Shown piece by piece: positions 42,133 through 53,102 of a stretch of 64,000 bases of DNA; position 1 is the stretch's first letter; the number at the start of each line of letters is the position of its first letter. The position numbers were made by a program, and so were the translations under genes. This DNA is from Candidatus Undivivens industriae (GTDB lineage: Bacteria; Omnitrophota; Gorgyraeia; Gygaellales; Profunditerraquicolaceae): positions 1,401-65,400 of the forward strand of contig JAAYZR010000010.1 of NCBI GenBank assembly GCA_012514745.1, written 5' to 3'. Under the pieces are notes generated by a model that was not told the DNA's origin, searched no databases, and worked only from the letters and a program-made list of their open reading frames with translations.

Positions 42133-43128
42133 CTACGCTTTTTTCATCCAGGGCATCATCTCCCTGAGTTTGCGGCCGACTTTCTCTATCTTGTGATTGT
42201 CTCCTGCCTTGAGCAGTTTGTTGAATACCGGGCGGCCTTTTTCGTTCTCTTTTATCCATTCCTTGGCGAACTTCCCGGTCTGTATTTCCTTAAGGATCTT
42301 TTTCATTTCCTGCCTGGTTTTTGCGGTAATCACCCTTTTGCCCCTGGAAAGGTCGCCGTAGCAGGCGGTATTGGAAACTCCACGGCGCATGCCGGCTATA
42401 CCGCGCTCCTGGATCAGGTCGGTGATGAGCTTCAACTCGTGCAGAACCTCGAAATAGGCTATCTCAGGCTGGTACCCCGCTCCTATCAAGGTGTCGAAAC
42501 CGGCCATGATCAGCTCGGACACGCCGCCGCAAAGCACGGCCTGCTCGCCAAAAAGATCCGTCTCGGTCTCTTCCGCGAAAGTAGTCTTGATGACTCCGGC
42601 GGTTGTCGCCTTCAGGGCTTTGGCATAAGCCAGCGCCAGATCAAGCGCTTTTCCGCTGGCGTTCTGGAAAACCGCCACCAGAGAAGGAACGCCTTTGCCT
42701 TCTTCATACATCTTGCGCACCAGGGCGCCCGGGCCTTTGGGAGCGACCATGAACACGTCCACGTTCTTGGGCGGCACGATCTGCTTGAAATGGATGTTGA
42801 AGCCGTGCGAAAAACAAAGGGCTTTCCCTGCCTTCAGATTAGGTTCTATCGCCTTACGATAGACTATCGCCTGCACGTGATCCTGAGTAAGGATCTGTAT
42901 GATATCCCCTTTGCGGGCCGCATCCTCGGCGCTCATCGGCGTAAAACCGTCTTTCCTGGCCTGCTCGTAGTTAGGCGTACCGGGGAGCTCTGAAACCACC
43001 ACTTTACAACCCGAATCACGCAGGCAGAGAGACTGCCCGCGCCCTTGTATGCCGTAACCGAGGATAGCGATTGTCTTATTCTTTAAAAGGTTCAGATCCG
43101 CGTCCTTATCGTAATATACCTTGGCCAT
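42133..43128 (-). CDS. ilvC: Ketol-acid reductoisomerase
   Basis: GYGIQG, HGFNIH, APKGPG and [14 protein letters not shown] motifs. Confidence 0.98.
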   Translation of the reverse strand: MAKVYYDKDADLNLLKNKTIAILGYGIQGRGQSLCLRDSGCKVVVSELPGTPNYEQARKDGFTPMSAEDAARKGDIIQILTQDHVQAIVYRKAIEPNLKAGKALCFSHGFNIHFKQIVPPKNVDVFMVAPKGPGALVRKMYEEGKGVPSLVAVFQNASGKALDLALAYAKALKATTAGVIKTTFAEETETDLFGEQAVLCGGVSELIMAGFDTLIGAGYQPEIAYFEVLHELKLITDLIQERGIAGMRRGVSNTACYGDLSRGKRVITAKTRQEMKKILKEIQTGKFAKEWIKENEKGRPVFNKLLKAGDNHKIEKVGRKLREMMPWMKKA

Positions 43129-43138
43129 CTTCCCTCCT

Positions 43139-43642
43139 CTATGCTGTTTTTGACTTTGGCGTGAGGTCGCCGGTCGCCATCGCGATCTTGCCCGCCCGCA
43201 CCAGTTCTTTTATTGTGAAACGCCTTGTATCTTCCAGCGCCTTCTTCAGTTTTTCCTGATCCCCGACTATCTCGACTATCGCCGTATTCCCCCGGCAATG
43301 AGTGACTCCAGCGCCCCATTTCTTCGCCAGCGACTCCAGCGCCGCCTTGTCACCGGCGGGACAAGACACCTTGATCATCATCAACTCCCGGTCTATGTAA
43401 TCCTTCTTTGTGAAATCGGTGACCGTGATGACGTCGATCAGTTTATTCAGTTGTTTTTTGACCTGTTCGAGTATCTTCTCGTCCCTGGTATCCACCACCA
43501 TCGTAAGATACGATATGCTGGGATCGAGAGTCTCGCTGACGGAAAGCGAAGTGATGTTGTATCCGCGGGCGCTGAACAATCCGGCAATCCTCGCCAGCAC
43601 TCCAAACTTATTTTCCACCAGTATAGATATCGTATGTCTCAT
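43139..43642 (-). CDS. ilvN: Acetolactate synthase small subunit
   Basis: [22 protein letters not shown] and KQLNKLIDV motifs. Confidence 0.95.
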   Translation of the reverse strand: MRHTISILVENKFGVLARIAGLFSARGYNITSLSVSETLDPSISYLTMVVDTRDEKILEQVKKQLNKLIDVITVTDFTKKDYIDRELMMIKVSCPAGDKAALESLAKKWGAGVTHCRGNTAIVEIVGDQEKLKKALEDTRRFTIKELVRAGKIAMATGDLTPKSKTA

Positions 43643-43760
43643 AAAAACCTTCTTTCCTTAGGAACAGTTGAGAACTCGATAATCGAGATTTGACCGCAAT
43701 CGAAGTCTGTATTTCTCTATTCTCTCTTTCGGCATTCTCTATACCGCCTCTATTTCTCAA

Positions 43761-43884
43761 AGTCTGTTCAAAAAGCCACAGGTGATAGGCGTGCGCCAAG
43801 TGGCTGCGGAGGCGTATGTTGTCATATACGCCGCACAAAGACACGCGGCGCGCAACAACGCAGATGGGGCTTGTTCAACAGACT
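43761..43884. mobile_element. 124-bp MITE-like element with 17-bp terminal inverted repeats
   Basis: AGTCTGTTCAAAAAGCC ... GGCTTGTTCAACAGACT (15/17 match); internal hairpin GGCGTATGTTGTCATATACGCC; abuts the ilvB stop codon. Confidence 0.65.
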
Positions 43885-45555
43885 TCACGCCATTCCGCCG
43901 ATCATCCGGTTGATCGCCTCCCCAGCCGGCACCATGGGAAAAACATTCTCCTCCGGCTCTATGCGGAAATCTATCATTACCACTTTATCTAAGGCTATGG
44001 CTTTCTCTATCGCAGGACGCACTTCTTCCCTCTTGGTGACGCGTATTCCTTCGGCGCCGTAGCTTTGCGCCAGTTTCACGAAATCCGGGTTAAAAAGCGT
44101 GGTATGCGAATAACGGCGTTTATAAAAAAGCTCCTGCCATTGCCTGACCATACCAAGATAGCCGTTGTTCAATATCGCGATTTTCACGTTGATCTTGTTG
44201 CTGACGCAGGTGGCGAGCTCTTGAATGTTCATCTGTATGGAGCCGTCCCCGGCTATGTCGAAAACTATCCTCTCCGGATAGGCGACTTTCACCCCCATCG
44301 CGGCCGGGAAACCGAACCCCATCGTGCCCAGGCCGCCGCTGGAGATAAAAGTCCTCGGATAATCATATTTATACCACTGCGCCGCCCACATCTGGTTCTG
44401 CCCGACCTCCGTGGCGATAAGCGCCTTGCCCTTGCTGGCGGCGTCTATCTGCTCTATCACATACTGAGGCTTGATCCTGCCGCTTTCCTTATAGATCATT
44501 GGATACTTCTTCTTCCAGCCTTCCACGGTCTTCAGCCACTCCGCGGTATCGGGAACTGACCGTATCTCCTCCAAAAGCTGGCCGAGAACGTTCCTGGCGT
44601 CTCCCACCATCGGTATGTCCACCTTCACGTTCTTGCTTATGGAAGCCGGATCGATATCTATGTGAATTATCTTCGCAGAAGGCGCGAAAACGTCTATCCT
44701 GCCGGTAACCCTGTCGTCGAAACGCGCGCCCACGGCTATGATCAGATCGGACTCCATAATAGCGTGGTTTGCGTAAGCGGTGCCGTGCATCCCGAGCATA
44801 CCGAGGGAAAGTTTGTGCGTGGCCGGGAAACCTCCGATACCCATAAGGGTCCAGGTAACCGGTGCGTTTATCTTTTCCGCCAGTTCCCGCAATTCATTGT
44901 GCGCTCCGGAAGTGATTACCCCTCCTCCCGCGTAAATCAACGGCCTGCGCGCGAAAGAGATCATCCTCGCGGCTTTTTTAACCTGTCCGGGGTGGCCGAA
45001 AAGCGTGGGGCGGTAACTGCGGATGCAAACCTGTTCGGGCCAGACGAACTCGCACTCCTGCTGCTGCACGTCAACCGGAATATCCACAAGCACCGGCCCC
45101 GGTCTGCCTGTGGAAGCGATCCAGAACGCCTCCCGGATAATCGATGCCAGATCCAAAACATCCTTCACGAGATAATTATGCTTGGTGATGGAACGTGTTA
45201 TGCCGGTGACGTCCGCCTCCTGAAAAGCGTCGTTGCCGATCAACGAAGTCTTCACCTGGCCGGTAATGGCGACCACGGGTATGGAATCCATATAAGCCGT
45301 CGCCAGCCCGGTGGTCAGGTTGGTAGCCCCCGGCCCCGAAGTGGCCAGGCAGACGCCGGGCCTTCCTGTGGCGCGCGCGTAACCGTCGGCCGCGTGCGCC
45401 GCCGCTTGTTCATGCCTGGTAAGCACGAAGTTTAAACCGGCGTCGTAAAGGCTGTCGAATATCGGCAGAACGGACCCGCCCGGATAACCGAAAATAACCC
45501 CGGTATTCTCCCGTTTTAAACATTCGATCAGTATGTCCGCGCCCTTCATTTTCAT
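43885..45555 (-). CDS. ilvB: Acetolactate synthase large subunit
   Basis: [22 protein letters not shown] and [16 protein letters not shown] motifs. Confidence 0.97.
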   Translation of the reverse strand: MKMKGADILIECLKRENTGVIFGYPGGSVLPIFDSLYDAGLNFVLTRHEQAAAHAADGYARATGRPGVCLATSGPGATNLTTGLATAYMDSIPVVAITGQVKTSLIGNDAFQEADVTGITRSITKHNYLVKDVLDLASIIREAFWIASTGRPGPVLVDIPVDVQQQECEFVWPEQVCIRSYRPTLFGHPGQVKKAARMISFARRPLIYAGGGVITSGAHNELRELAEKINAPVTWTLMGIGGFPATHKLSLGMLGMHGTAYANHAIMESDLIIAVGARFDDRVTGRIDVFAPSAKIIHIDIDPASISKNVKVDIPMVGDARNVLGQLLEEIRSVPDTAEWLKTVEGWKKKYPMIYKESGRIKPQYVIEQIDAASKGKALIATEVGQNQMWAAQWYKYDYPRTFISSGGLGTMGFGFPAAMGVKVAYPERIVFDIAGDGSIQMNIQELATCVSNKINVKIAILNNGYLGMVRQWQELFYKRRYSHTTLFNPDFVKLAQSYGAEGIRVTKREEVRPAIEKAIALDKVVMIDFRIEPEENVFPMVPAGEAINRMIGGMA

Positions 45556-45595
45556 TGTAAAGCGTCCTTCTTCCTTCGTGCTTGGCCTTTTAAGT

Positions 45596-47290
45596 CTATC
45601 GGCTATGGACTTTCTTCATTTTACCGCACACATTGCCGGCGGAAAGCACTGCGCCGCGATCGGCGGAAAGCACCATAGCGGAATACCTGGCAAGGTAACC
45701 TTTGGTTATTTTTGGAGGAACGGGTTTCCAGCCGCGGAACCTCCGAGCGATTTCCGCTTTCGTCAGTTTTACTTCCAGTTTCCTGGCCGGGATATCTATC
45801 CTTATTATATCATTCTCGCGGATAACGGCAATAGGCCCGCCGCTGGAAGCTTCCGGAGAAACATGCCCTATGCAGGGGCCTTTTGTCCCGCCGGAGAACC
45901 TTCCGTCGGTAATCAAAGCTACCGAGTCCGCCAGCCCCATCCCGACTATGGCGGCCGTGGGCGCCAGCATTTCGCGCATACCGGGTCCGCCCGCCGGCCC
46001 TTCGTATCTGATAACTATCACTTCTCCGCCCTTGATTTTCCCGCCGAGGATGGCCTTCATAGCTTCCTCTTCCCTCTCGAAAACCCTGGCTCTGCCCTCG
46101 AAACGCATCATTTTCGGGCCGACCGCGGCCTGTTTTACCACCGCTCCGTCCGGGGCGAGATTTCCGTAAAGGACCGCGATCCCGCCTTCCTTATGATACG
46201 CCTTGTCGAAAGGCCTGATGACTTCCTCATCGAGTATAGCGGCGCGGGAGGCTATGCTATGGACCTTCTCACCACTGACCGTGAGCGTATTGTGCAGCTT
46301 ATCCCGGAGACGGCGCATTACCGCCGGTATCCCCCCGGAGAACTCCAGGTCTTCCATATAATGCGTGCCGGCCGGCTCGATATTCGTGATATGCGAAGTA
46401 TTCCTGCTGATGCGGTCGAAAGACCGAAGATCGAGTTTTATCCCGGCTTCCTGCGCGATCGCCATCAGATGCAGCACGGTATTGGTGGAACCTCCGAGAG
46501 ACATATCCACCATTATGGCGTTCTCCAGAGATTCCCGGGTGATGATATCGCGGGGGCGGATGTTCTTGCGCACGAGCTCCACCACGCGCTCTCCGCTGGC
46601 CTGGGCGATACGGCGTTTCTTGGCGGAAACTGCCAGCGCCGTCGCGCAACCCGGCATGGATATACCCATCGTCTCCAGCAGACAGGCCATGGTATTGGCA
46701 GTGTATAACCCCTGACAGGAACCGGCGCCGGGACAAGCTTCCATTTCCAGGCACTCCAGCTCCGAAGAAGTAATCTCGCCCTTCTTCGCGCGGGCAAGCG
46801 CCTCGAAAGTATCGTGCACGAACGCCAGTTTGCGCCTTCCCAGCCTGCCGCTCAGCATCGGCCCGGCGGTCACTATCACCGTGGGAATATTCAGCCTGAC
46901 GGCTCCCATTACCATGCCGGGAGTGATCTTATCGCAATTGGTCAGGCAGATCAGGCCGTCCAGCTGGTGCGCGTTGCAAACCGTTTCCACGCTGTCGGCA
47001 ACGAGCTCCCTGGAAGCCAGAGGATAACACATCCCCAGATGCCCCATGGCGATCCCGTCGCAAATACCGGGTATGCCGAAGAAAAAGGGCACGCCGCCGG
47101 CATAACAAATACCTCTTTCGATATATCTCTCGAGGTCGCGCATTCCGGAATGACCGGGGATGAGATCGGTGAAAGCGGTAGCCACCCCAATGAAAGGCTT
47201 CTCGAAATCTTTTCTGCTCAATCCCGTGCCGTGCAGCAGAGCGCGGTGCGGAACCCTCTCCAAACCTTTCTTGATTGTATCCGAACGCAT
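45596..47290 (-). CDS. ilvD: Dihydroxy-acid dehydratase
   Basis: [32 protein letters not shown] and TDGRFSG motifs. Confidence 0.98.
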   Translation of the reverse strand: MRSDTIKKGLERVPHRALLHGTGLSRKDFEKPFIGVATAFTDLIPGHSGMRDLERYIERGICYAGGVPFFFGIPGICDGIAMGHLGMCYPLASRELVADSVETVCNAHQLDGLICLTNCDKITPGMVMGAVRLNIPTVIVTAGPMLSGRLGRRKLAFVHDTFEALARAKKGEITSSELECLEMEACPGAGSCQGLYTANTMACLLETMGISMPGCATALAVSAKKRRIAQASGERVVELVRKNIRPRDIITRESLENAIMVDMSLGGSTNTVLHLMAIAQEAGIKLDLRSFDRISRNTSHITNIEPAGTHYMEDLEFSGGIPAVMRRLRDKLHNTLTVSGEKVHSIASRAAILDEEVIRPFDKAYHKEGGIAVLYGNLAPDGAVVKQAAVGPKMMRFEGRARVFEREEEAMKAILGGKIKGGEVIVIRYEGPAGGPGMREMLAPTAAIVGMGLADSVALITDGRFSGGTKGPCIGHVSPEASSGGPIAVIRENDIIRIDIPARKLEVKLTKAEIARRFRGWKPVPPKITKGYLARYSAMVLSADRGAVLSAGNVCGKMKKVHSR

Positions 47291-47402
47291 ATCGATGCCT
47301 CCTTAAAAATAAGCGGACAACTTCAGGAATCTGACCGCAATCGCAACTCTCTATTTTCTATTGCCGATTGCTCCGTACGTCGTCATTTTCGATAACAGCG
47401 TA

Positions 47403-48728
47403 CTAATCCGCGCCTTCCCCGTCGTGCACCACCGCCTCGCGCTCCGTTCTCTTGCGCGAGATGACCCTTTTCAAGGTAATATATTTGTTGACCAGTTCCC
47501 TGTTATCGACGTTGTTCAACTGCTTGAACAGGAATTCGAACTTGGCCTCTATCTCGGAGGAGATCGCATCCTTTATTTCTTTAGGCAGGGCCATTATCTC
47601 TTTCTTGAAAGGGCCCAGCGCCTTTTTGCGGGATTTATAGAAAAACTGTTCTTCGGTCTCGCCTTCCTTGCGCTCCGAGGCGGCGTTAACTTTCAGCCAT
47701 TCGTATATCTTCGCTTTCAATTCGGCGGGGAAATGCCTGCTGTCCAGTATCATATTCTGGAACTCGGTGGCAAGATGCACTTCCGCGGTCTCGGCGGCCG
47801 GGAAATTATGGAACGCCTCGGCCGGCAAAGTGGACGCGCCATGCTGAACCGCCCCCGCCAGTCCGAACTCTTCCCTGGCCAGTCTGGAAAGGGTCTTCAA
47901 TGTATCGAAATCCAGTTTGACCTGAGCTATACTGCCGTCGGGCAGGACAACGCCTCCGTGCGAAGTCCCGGTCTGGATGCTGATCTTGCTGATCCCCTTG
48001 CGCCCCTTGCGCAGCCTCTCGCGGAAACCCTGCATGAACGCGCGCAGGTCCTCGGGCGTGGAATTCTTGGCGCCGACTTCTCCGATCTCGCCGCCGACCG
48101 AAACCTCGATGCCGCGCGGCTGCACCTGCCTGATGTACTGTGTGAGGCGCGCGCAGACGTCGTAATTATTGAACTGCTGTTTACGCACTTCCGGCTTGGC
48201 AAGATCTACAAGCGTGGAAGAATCGATATCTATGTTATAGAACCCTGCCTCCACGGCTTCGGCTATAAGCGCCTTAAGGCTCCCCAACTCTTTCTCCGCG
48301 TCCTCTTTGAACTTCTTGGCGTTGACCTGAAAGTGGTCGCCCTGCACAAAAACCGGTCCTTTATACCCTTCTTTTATCGCCGCCGCCAGGATCACCGCCG
48401 AGTACTCGACCGGAGGCTGCGCCGTGTATCCCATCTCCGACTTGGCGATCTCGAAAATGAAAGCCCCGGAATTATTCCTTATTGCCACCTTGAACATCGC
48501 CCTGGCCAGGTCATAAGTCATACTGCGCAGGTTCACGGCCGGAACGGTAAACCCGGAGAACTCGCCTTTGCCGCGGGCTTCGTAAAGCCCCTGAATACTG
48601 GAAAGATAAATGCCTTTTTTATAAGCCAGAGCCCTGATCTTTGCCGCCAACGCCTTCTTCGCCGCCGCGTCGTCGCTGTTAACCAGCTCCATTACGATCT
48701 TGTCGATATCCTGCGGTTTTCTGCCCAT
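47403..48728 (-). CDS. Class II fructose-bisphosphate aldolase family protein
   Basis: VPAVN, QGDHFQ, GGEIGEVG, GTSHGG and VQHGASTLP motifs; adjacent to pfkA. Confidence 0.85.
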   Translation of the reverse strand: MGRKPQDIDKIVMELVNSDDAAAKKALAAKIRALAYKKGIYLSSIQGLYEARGKGEFSGFTVPAVNLRSMTYDLARAMFKVAIRNNSGAFIFEIAKSEMGYTAQPPVEYSAVILAAAIKEGYKGPVFVQGDHFQVNAKKFKEDAEKELGSLKALIAEAVEAGFYNIDIDSSTLVDLAKPEVRKQQFNNYDVCARLTQYIRQVQPRGIEVSVGGEIGEVGAKNSTPEDLRAFMQGFRERLRKGRKGISKISIQTGTSHGGVVLPDGSIAQVKLDFDTLKTLSRLAREEFGLAGAVQHGASTLPAEAFHNFPAAETAEVHLATEFQNMILDSRHFPAELKAKIYEWLKVNAASERKEGETEEQFFYKSRKKALGPFKKEIMALPKEIKDAISSEIEAKFEFLFKQLNNVDNRELVNKYITLKRVISRKRTEREAVVHDGEGAD

Positions 48729-48862
48729 TTCCGATTCTCCTTCCCTTTCTATCACCCGCTGCTTTATAAAGACGCGGACACTGTTCAGTTTTTATCAAGT
48801 TTATACATAGTGCAATGTGTACATAAGTTTCTGATAATCGAAAACCGAAATTAGATCGTCCG

Positions 48863-49828
48863 TCAAGTCAAAAGTTTCAACAGGCCGTAAAGCCCGGCGG
48901 TCTTGAATTCCTTCTTGCTGACCGCCTTCTCCATATCCACCTCACTCAGGCTGTCCGAAACCACGCCCACGGCTTTGCCGGTATGCCCTTGCAAAAGAAG
49001 ATTTACCGCCTCTGCTCCCATTCTGGTGGCAAGTATGCGGTCCCTGGCAGAGGGGGATCCTCCTCTCTGCACGTGTCCGAGCACCACCACGCGCGTCTCA
49101 AGATCCGTCATCTCGGTTATGCGGCCGGCGATATCTTCGGCACTGCCGGCTCCTTCCGCGACAATGATTATCCAGCTGATCTTGCCGCGGATGTTTCCTT
49201 CCACGATCTCGTGGCACATAGCGTGGAAATCGAACTCCCTTTCCGGCACCAGGGCCTCTTCTGAGCCGCTGCCCAGCGCCACCTGGAGGCATATATACCC
49301 GGAATCCCGGCCCATCACCTCAACCACGAAGATACGCTCCATGCTGGTGGCCGTATCGCGGATCTTGTCGATCGCCTCCATGGCAGTGTTGACCGCGCTG
49401 TCGGCGCCGATAGTCTCATCTGTGCCGTTGATATCGTTATCTATGGTGCACGGCACGCCGATACAGGGGACTCCCCATTTACGCGCCAGCGCCAAACCTC
49501 CGTGATAAGTGCCGTTGCCTCCCAGAAGCACCAGACCGTCTATCTCATATTTCTTAAGCGTCTCTACGGCGCGTTTCTGCCCGTCTTCCGAAAAGAATTC
49601 CGGGCAGCGCGCGGTCTTCAGGATCGTTCCGCCCCTGTTTATGATGTTTGAGACCGAACGGTGGGTCAACGGTTTCACTTCTTCGTTGATCAAACCGCTG
49701 TAGCCGCGGAATATTCCGAACACTTCCAGATTATGCGCCGCGGCAGACCTGGCCACACTGCGGATGGCCGCGTTCATACCCGGCGCGTCGCCTCCGGACG
49801 TCAAGACGCCGATCCTCTTCAAATTCAA
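48863..49828 (-). CDS. pfkA: ATP-dependent 6-phosphofructokinase
   Basis: [24 protein letters not shown] and LGHVQRGG motifs. Confidence 0.96.
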   Translation of the reverse strand: MNLKRIGVLTSGGDAPGMNAAIRSVARSAAAHNLEVFGIFRGYSGLINEEVKPLTHRSVSNIINRGGTILKTARCPEFFSEDGQKRAVETLKKYEIDGLVLLGGNGTYHGGLALARKWGVPCIGVPCTIDNDINGTDETIGADSAVNTAMEAIDKIRDTATSMERIFVVEVMGRDSGYICLQVALGSGSEEALVPEREFDFHAMCHEIVEGNIRGKISWIIIVAEGAGSAEDIAGRITEMTDLETRVVVLGHVQRGGSPSARDRILATRMGAEAVNLLLQGHTGKAVGVVSDSLSEVDMEKAVSKKEFKTAGLYGLLKLLT

Positions 49829-51084
49829 GTCCCCATCTCCCAGCTCGCGAGATATTTCTTTTGCTCGGCGGTAAGCGTATCTATCTTTATCCCCATGCTC
49901 TTGAGCTTCAGCGCCGCGATGCCGCTGTCTATCTCATAGGGGACCCTGTAAACCTGGTGCTGCAGCCTGCCGTGGTTGACGGCGATGTATTCGAGCGAAA
50001 GCGCCTGGTTGGCGAAAGACATATCCATTACGTGCGCCGGGTGGCCTTCGGCGGCGGCGAGATTGATCAAACGCCCCTCCCCGAGGATATACACCCTTCT
50101 GCCGCTCTTCAACGTGTATTCTTCCACGGAATCCCTGATCACCCTCGGCTTTCCGGATATTTCACGCAGACCGGTTATATCTATCTCGACGTTGAAATGG
50201 CCTGAATTAGCCACGATGGCGCCGTCTTTCATCAGCTTGAAATGCTCTTTTCTGATCACGTTGATGTCGCCGGTCACCGTCACGAATACGTCTCCTTTGA
50301 CCGCGGCGTCTTTGATCGGCATTACCTCATAACCGTCCATCACCGCTTCCAGCGCCTTCAACGGGTCGACTTCGCAGACCACCACTTTTGCCGCCATCCC
50401 CTTGGCGCGCATGGCCACGCCTCTGCCGCACCAGCCGTATCCGCAGATCACGAGGGTCGCGCCTGCCAGCAGTTTGTTCGTGGCCCTGACTATACCGTCT
50501 AAAGTGGACTGCCCCGTTCCGTAACGATTGTCGAAAAGATGTTTGGTGTCGGCGTCGTTGACCGCGATTATCGGATAACGCAGTTTGTTCTGATTGGCAA
50601 GCGCCCTCAACCGAATGACGCCTGTGGTGGTCTCCTCGGTGCCGCCCACCACGGGCTTCTTCATATAGAGCCCCGGGTTCTGGTGGATGGTCGAGACCAG
50701 GTCCGCGCCGTCGTCCATAGTGACGTCCGGCTGCGCGGCAAGCACGGCTTCTATGTGCCTGTAATAAGTTTTCGTGTCCTCGCCCTTGACGGAAAAAACC
50801 GGTATCCCGAGATTCTTCACCAGGGAAGCGGCGACATCGTCCTGCGTGGAAAGCGGATTTGAGGCGCACAGGCAAACCTGCGCTCCGCCGGCCTTCACTA
50901 CCTCCATCAATACCGCGGTTTCGGTGGTTACATGCAGGCAACAGGCGACTTTCAGCCCCTTCAAAGGCCTCTCCCTGGAAAAACGCTCCGCGATCAACCC
51001 GAGAACAGGCATATTGTTGCGCGCCCATTCAATACGCAAAGCGCCCCTGGAAGACAATTTTATATCTTTGACGTCATAATTCAT
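49825..51084 (-). CDS. ahcY: Adenosylhomocysteinase
   Basis: [30 protein letters not shown] and [11 protein letters not shown] motifs. Confidence 0.97.
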   Translation of the reverse strand: MNYDVKDIKLSSRGALRIEWARNNMPVLGLIAERFSRERPLKGLKVACCLHVTTETAVLMEVVKAGGAQVCLCASNPLSTQDDVAASLVKNLGIPVFSVKGEDTKTYYRHIEAVLAAQPDVTMDDGADLVSTIHQNPGLYMKKPVVGGTEETTTGVIRLRALANQNKLRYPIIAVNDADTKHLFDNRYGTGQSTLDGIVRATNKLLAGATLVICGYGWCGRGVAMRAKGMAAKVVVCEVDPLKALEAVMDGYEVMPIKDAAVKGDVFVTVTGDINVIRKEHFKLMKDGAIVANSGHFNVEIDITGLREISGKPRVIRDSVEEYTLKSGRRVYILGEGRLINLAAAEGHPAHVMDMSFANQALSLEYIAVNHGRLQHQVYRVPYEIDSGIAALKLKSMGIKIDTLTAEQKKYLASWEMGT

Positions 51085-51121
51085 TCTGATCGGCTCCCTG
51101 ATGGTTGCGGTCCAAACGCGG

Positions 51122-52294
51122 TTAAATTTTCTTGCCGGCGGCTTTTTTTAGCACCGGAGCCTTGTCCGTGCTTTCCCAGCTGAACTCCGGTTCCGTTCTT
51201 CCGAAATGCCCGTAGCAGGCTGTCTTGATGTATATCGGCCTCAAAAGATCGAGACTCTTTATCATCCCTTTCGGCGTCAGTTCGAAGTTCTCCCGGATCA
51301 ATTTCACGAATTCCTGCTCCGAAAGCTTCCCGGTGCCGAAACAATCCACCATTACCGCCAGCGGTTCCGCCTTGCCGATAACGTAAGCCAGGTGCACCTG
51401 GCATTTGTCCGCCAGGCCTGCGGCAACTATGTTCTTTGCGATGTAACGGCACATATAAGCCGCCGAACGGTCGACCTTGGTCGGGTCCTTGCCGGAGAAA
51501 GCCCCGCCTCCGGGAGAAACCACTCCGCCGTAAGTGTCCACGACGATCTTCCTCCCGGTCATGCCTGTATCCGACTGCGGCCCTCCGACCACGAATTTCC
51601 CGGTCTCATTGACGTAGAACTTGGTGTCTTTATCCATGAAATCCTTGACCACCGGTCTGCCTATGGCCTCTATTATTTCCTCTTTAGCCTTCTTGGTAAT
51701 GAACTCTCCGCTTGTATCCAGGATATCCTCGGTATGCTGGCATGCCAGGACCACCGAATCCAGCCTTTTCGGATGCCCGTCGTGATACTCCACCGTGACC
51801 TGCGATTTGCCGTCCGGACCGAGATATTTCAGCGTCCCGTCCTTGCGCACCTTTGCCATGCGCGCCACCAGCTTATGCGAAAGCATAAGCGATAAAGGCA
51901 TCAATTCCTTCGTCTCGCGGCAGGCGTAACCTGTCATGAATCCCTGGTCGCCGGCGCCGCCCCTATCGACCCCCTGGGCTATGTCGGGCGACTGGGTATG
52001 TATGGTATTTATGACCGCGCAAGTGTGGTAGTCGAAGCCGTACTTCGGGTGCGTATAACCTATATTCTTGAGCACGGTTCGGGTAAGATTGTGGACATCC
52101 ACGTAGCTTGTCGTGGTGATCTCCCCGCCGACTATCAAAAGCCCCATGGTAACGTATGTCTCGCAGGCGACCCTTCCGTAAGGATCGTGCTTCAGCACAT
52201 CGTCAAGCACGGCGTCCGATATCTGGTCGCAGACTTTATCCGGGTGCCCTTCGGCTACCGATTCCGAGGTAAAATAATGCTTGCGCGAATTCAT
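51122..52294 (-). CDS. metK: S-adenosylmethionine synthetase
   Basis: [17 protein letters not shown] and GGGAFSGKD motifs. Confidence 0.98.
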   Translation of the reverse strand: MNSRKHYFTSESVAEGHPDKVCDQISDAVLDDVLKHDPYGRVACETYVTMGLLIVGGEITTTSYVDVHNLTRTVLKNIGYTHPKYGFDYHTCAVINTIHTQSPDIAQGVDRGGAGDQGFMTGYACRETKELMPLSLMLSHKLVARMAKVRKDGTLKYLGPDGKSQVTVEYHDGHPKRLDSVVLACQHTEDILDTSGEFITKKAKEEIIEAIGRPVVKDFMDKDTKFYVNETGKFVVGGPQSDTGMTGRKIVVDTYGGVVSPGGGAFSGKDPTKVDRSAAYMCRYIAKNIVAAGLADKCQVHLAYVIGKAEPLAVMVDCFGTGKLSEQEFVKLIRENFELTPKGMIKSLDLLRPIYIKTACYGHFGRTEPEFSWESTDKAPVLKKAAGKKI

Positions 52295-52348
52295 CCCTTC
52301 TCCCCTTTCCATTACTTGAACGTTGTGTGTATATTTACCCGGTCACGC

Positions 52349-53092
52349 TTACTTCCCGGCGGCGCGGAAATACGCATCAGCTTCCCTGTAAGAATCATGA
52401 TGCCCTATATCATACCAGCGGCCGCCGAAAACAAAACAAAAAACATCCTCTTTTCTTCTCAACCACTCTATGAAGAAACCTACGGCGTCTTTCTTGTTGC
52501 CCTCTTTAAGGTATTCACCCACCAGGCCCAGCTTGCATCCTGGAAGGTGATAAAGGCACATCCCTACCAGCGCCGAGGCAGGACGCGCCGGTTTCTCCTG
52601 AAAATCCGCCACCCTGCCTGAATCCAGACTGACAACTCCGTATTTCCCGGCTTTTTTCCTGTCTTTGATATCGTAGGCCCCGATGACGACGGCCGGCGAC
52701 TTAGCGGAAGAAAAAACGGCGAATTCTTCGAGCCCGGAATCGAAAAGATTATCCCCCCCGATCACAAGCAAATCTTCCGTGATCCCCTTTCTGCCGATCA
52801 CAAAATCCAGATCGCCTATGGCGCCCCTGCGCAGTTCCGGGGTGGAGGTCAGGTCGTCCACCACCGTTGCCCGAAGGCCTCTGCCGCGCCTTTTAGCCCA
52901 TCTCTCGAACAAAGAAGCGAATTTACTATTGGTGACCACGATGATCTCGTCCACGCCGCGCAGCGCCTCGATCTTGGCGGCGATGTGGTCTATGATCGGC
53001 TTGCCGGCAACGGGAAGCAAAGGTTTGGGATAATTCCTGGTCAACGGATACAGCCGCGTGGCGTAACCGGCGGCTAATATAAGCGCTTTCAT
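52349..53092 (-). CDS. Sugar-phosphate nucleotidyltransferase family protein
   Basis: ILAAGYATRLYPLT..PKPLL, GGDN, EKP and WYDIG motifs. Confidence 0.9.
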   Translation of the reverse strand: MKALILAAGYATRLYPLTRNYPKPLLPVAGKPIIDHIAAKIEALRGVDEIIVVTNSKFASLFERWAKRRGRGLRATVVDDLTSTPELRRGAIGDLDFVIGRKGITEDLLVIGGDNLFDSGLEEFAVFSSAKSPAVVIGAYDIKDRKKAGKYGVVSLDSGRVADFQEKPARPASALVGMCLYHLPGCKLGLVGEYLKEGNKKDAVGFFIEWLRRKEDVFCFVFGGRWYDIGHHDSYREADAYFRAAGK

Positions 53093-53102
53093 TTTCTCCC
53101 GG

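Noticed and set aside
43608-43844. 78-aa ORF between ilvB and ilvN
   Set aside because: It spans the MITE-like element and low-complexity sequence and overlaps ilvN out of frame.
48863-49828. PfkA GGNG instead of GGDG
   Set aside because: This variant occurs in other ATP-dependent PFKs, and the Gly at the ATP/PPi-determining position is retained.
51085-52348. SAM or SAH riboswitch near metK/ahcY
   Set aside because: The spacers are under 60 nt and show no recognisable aptamer core.
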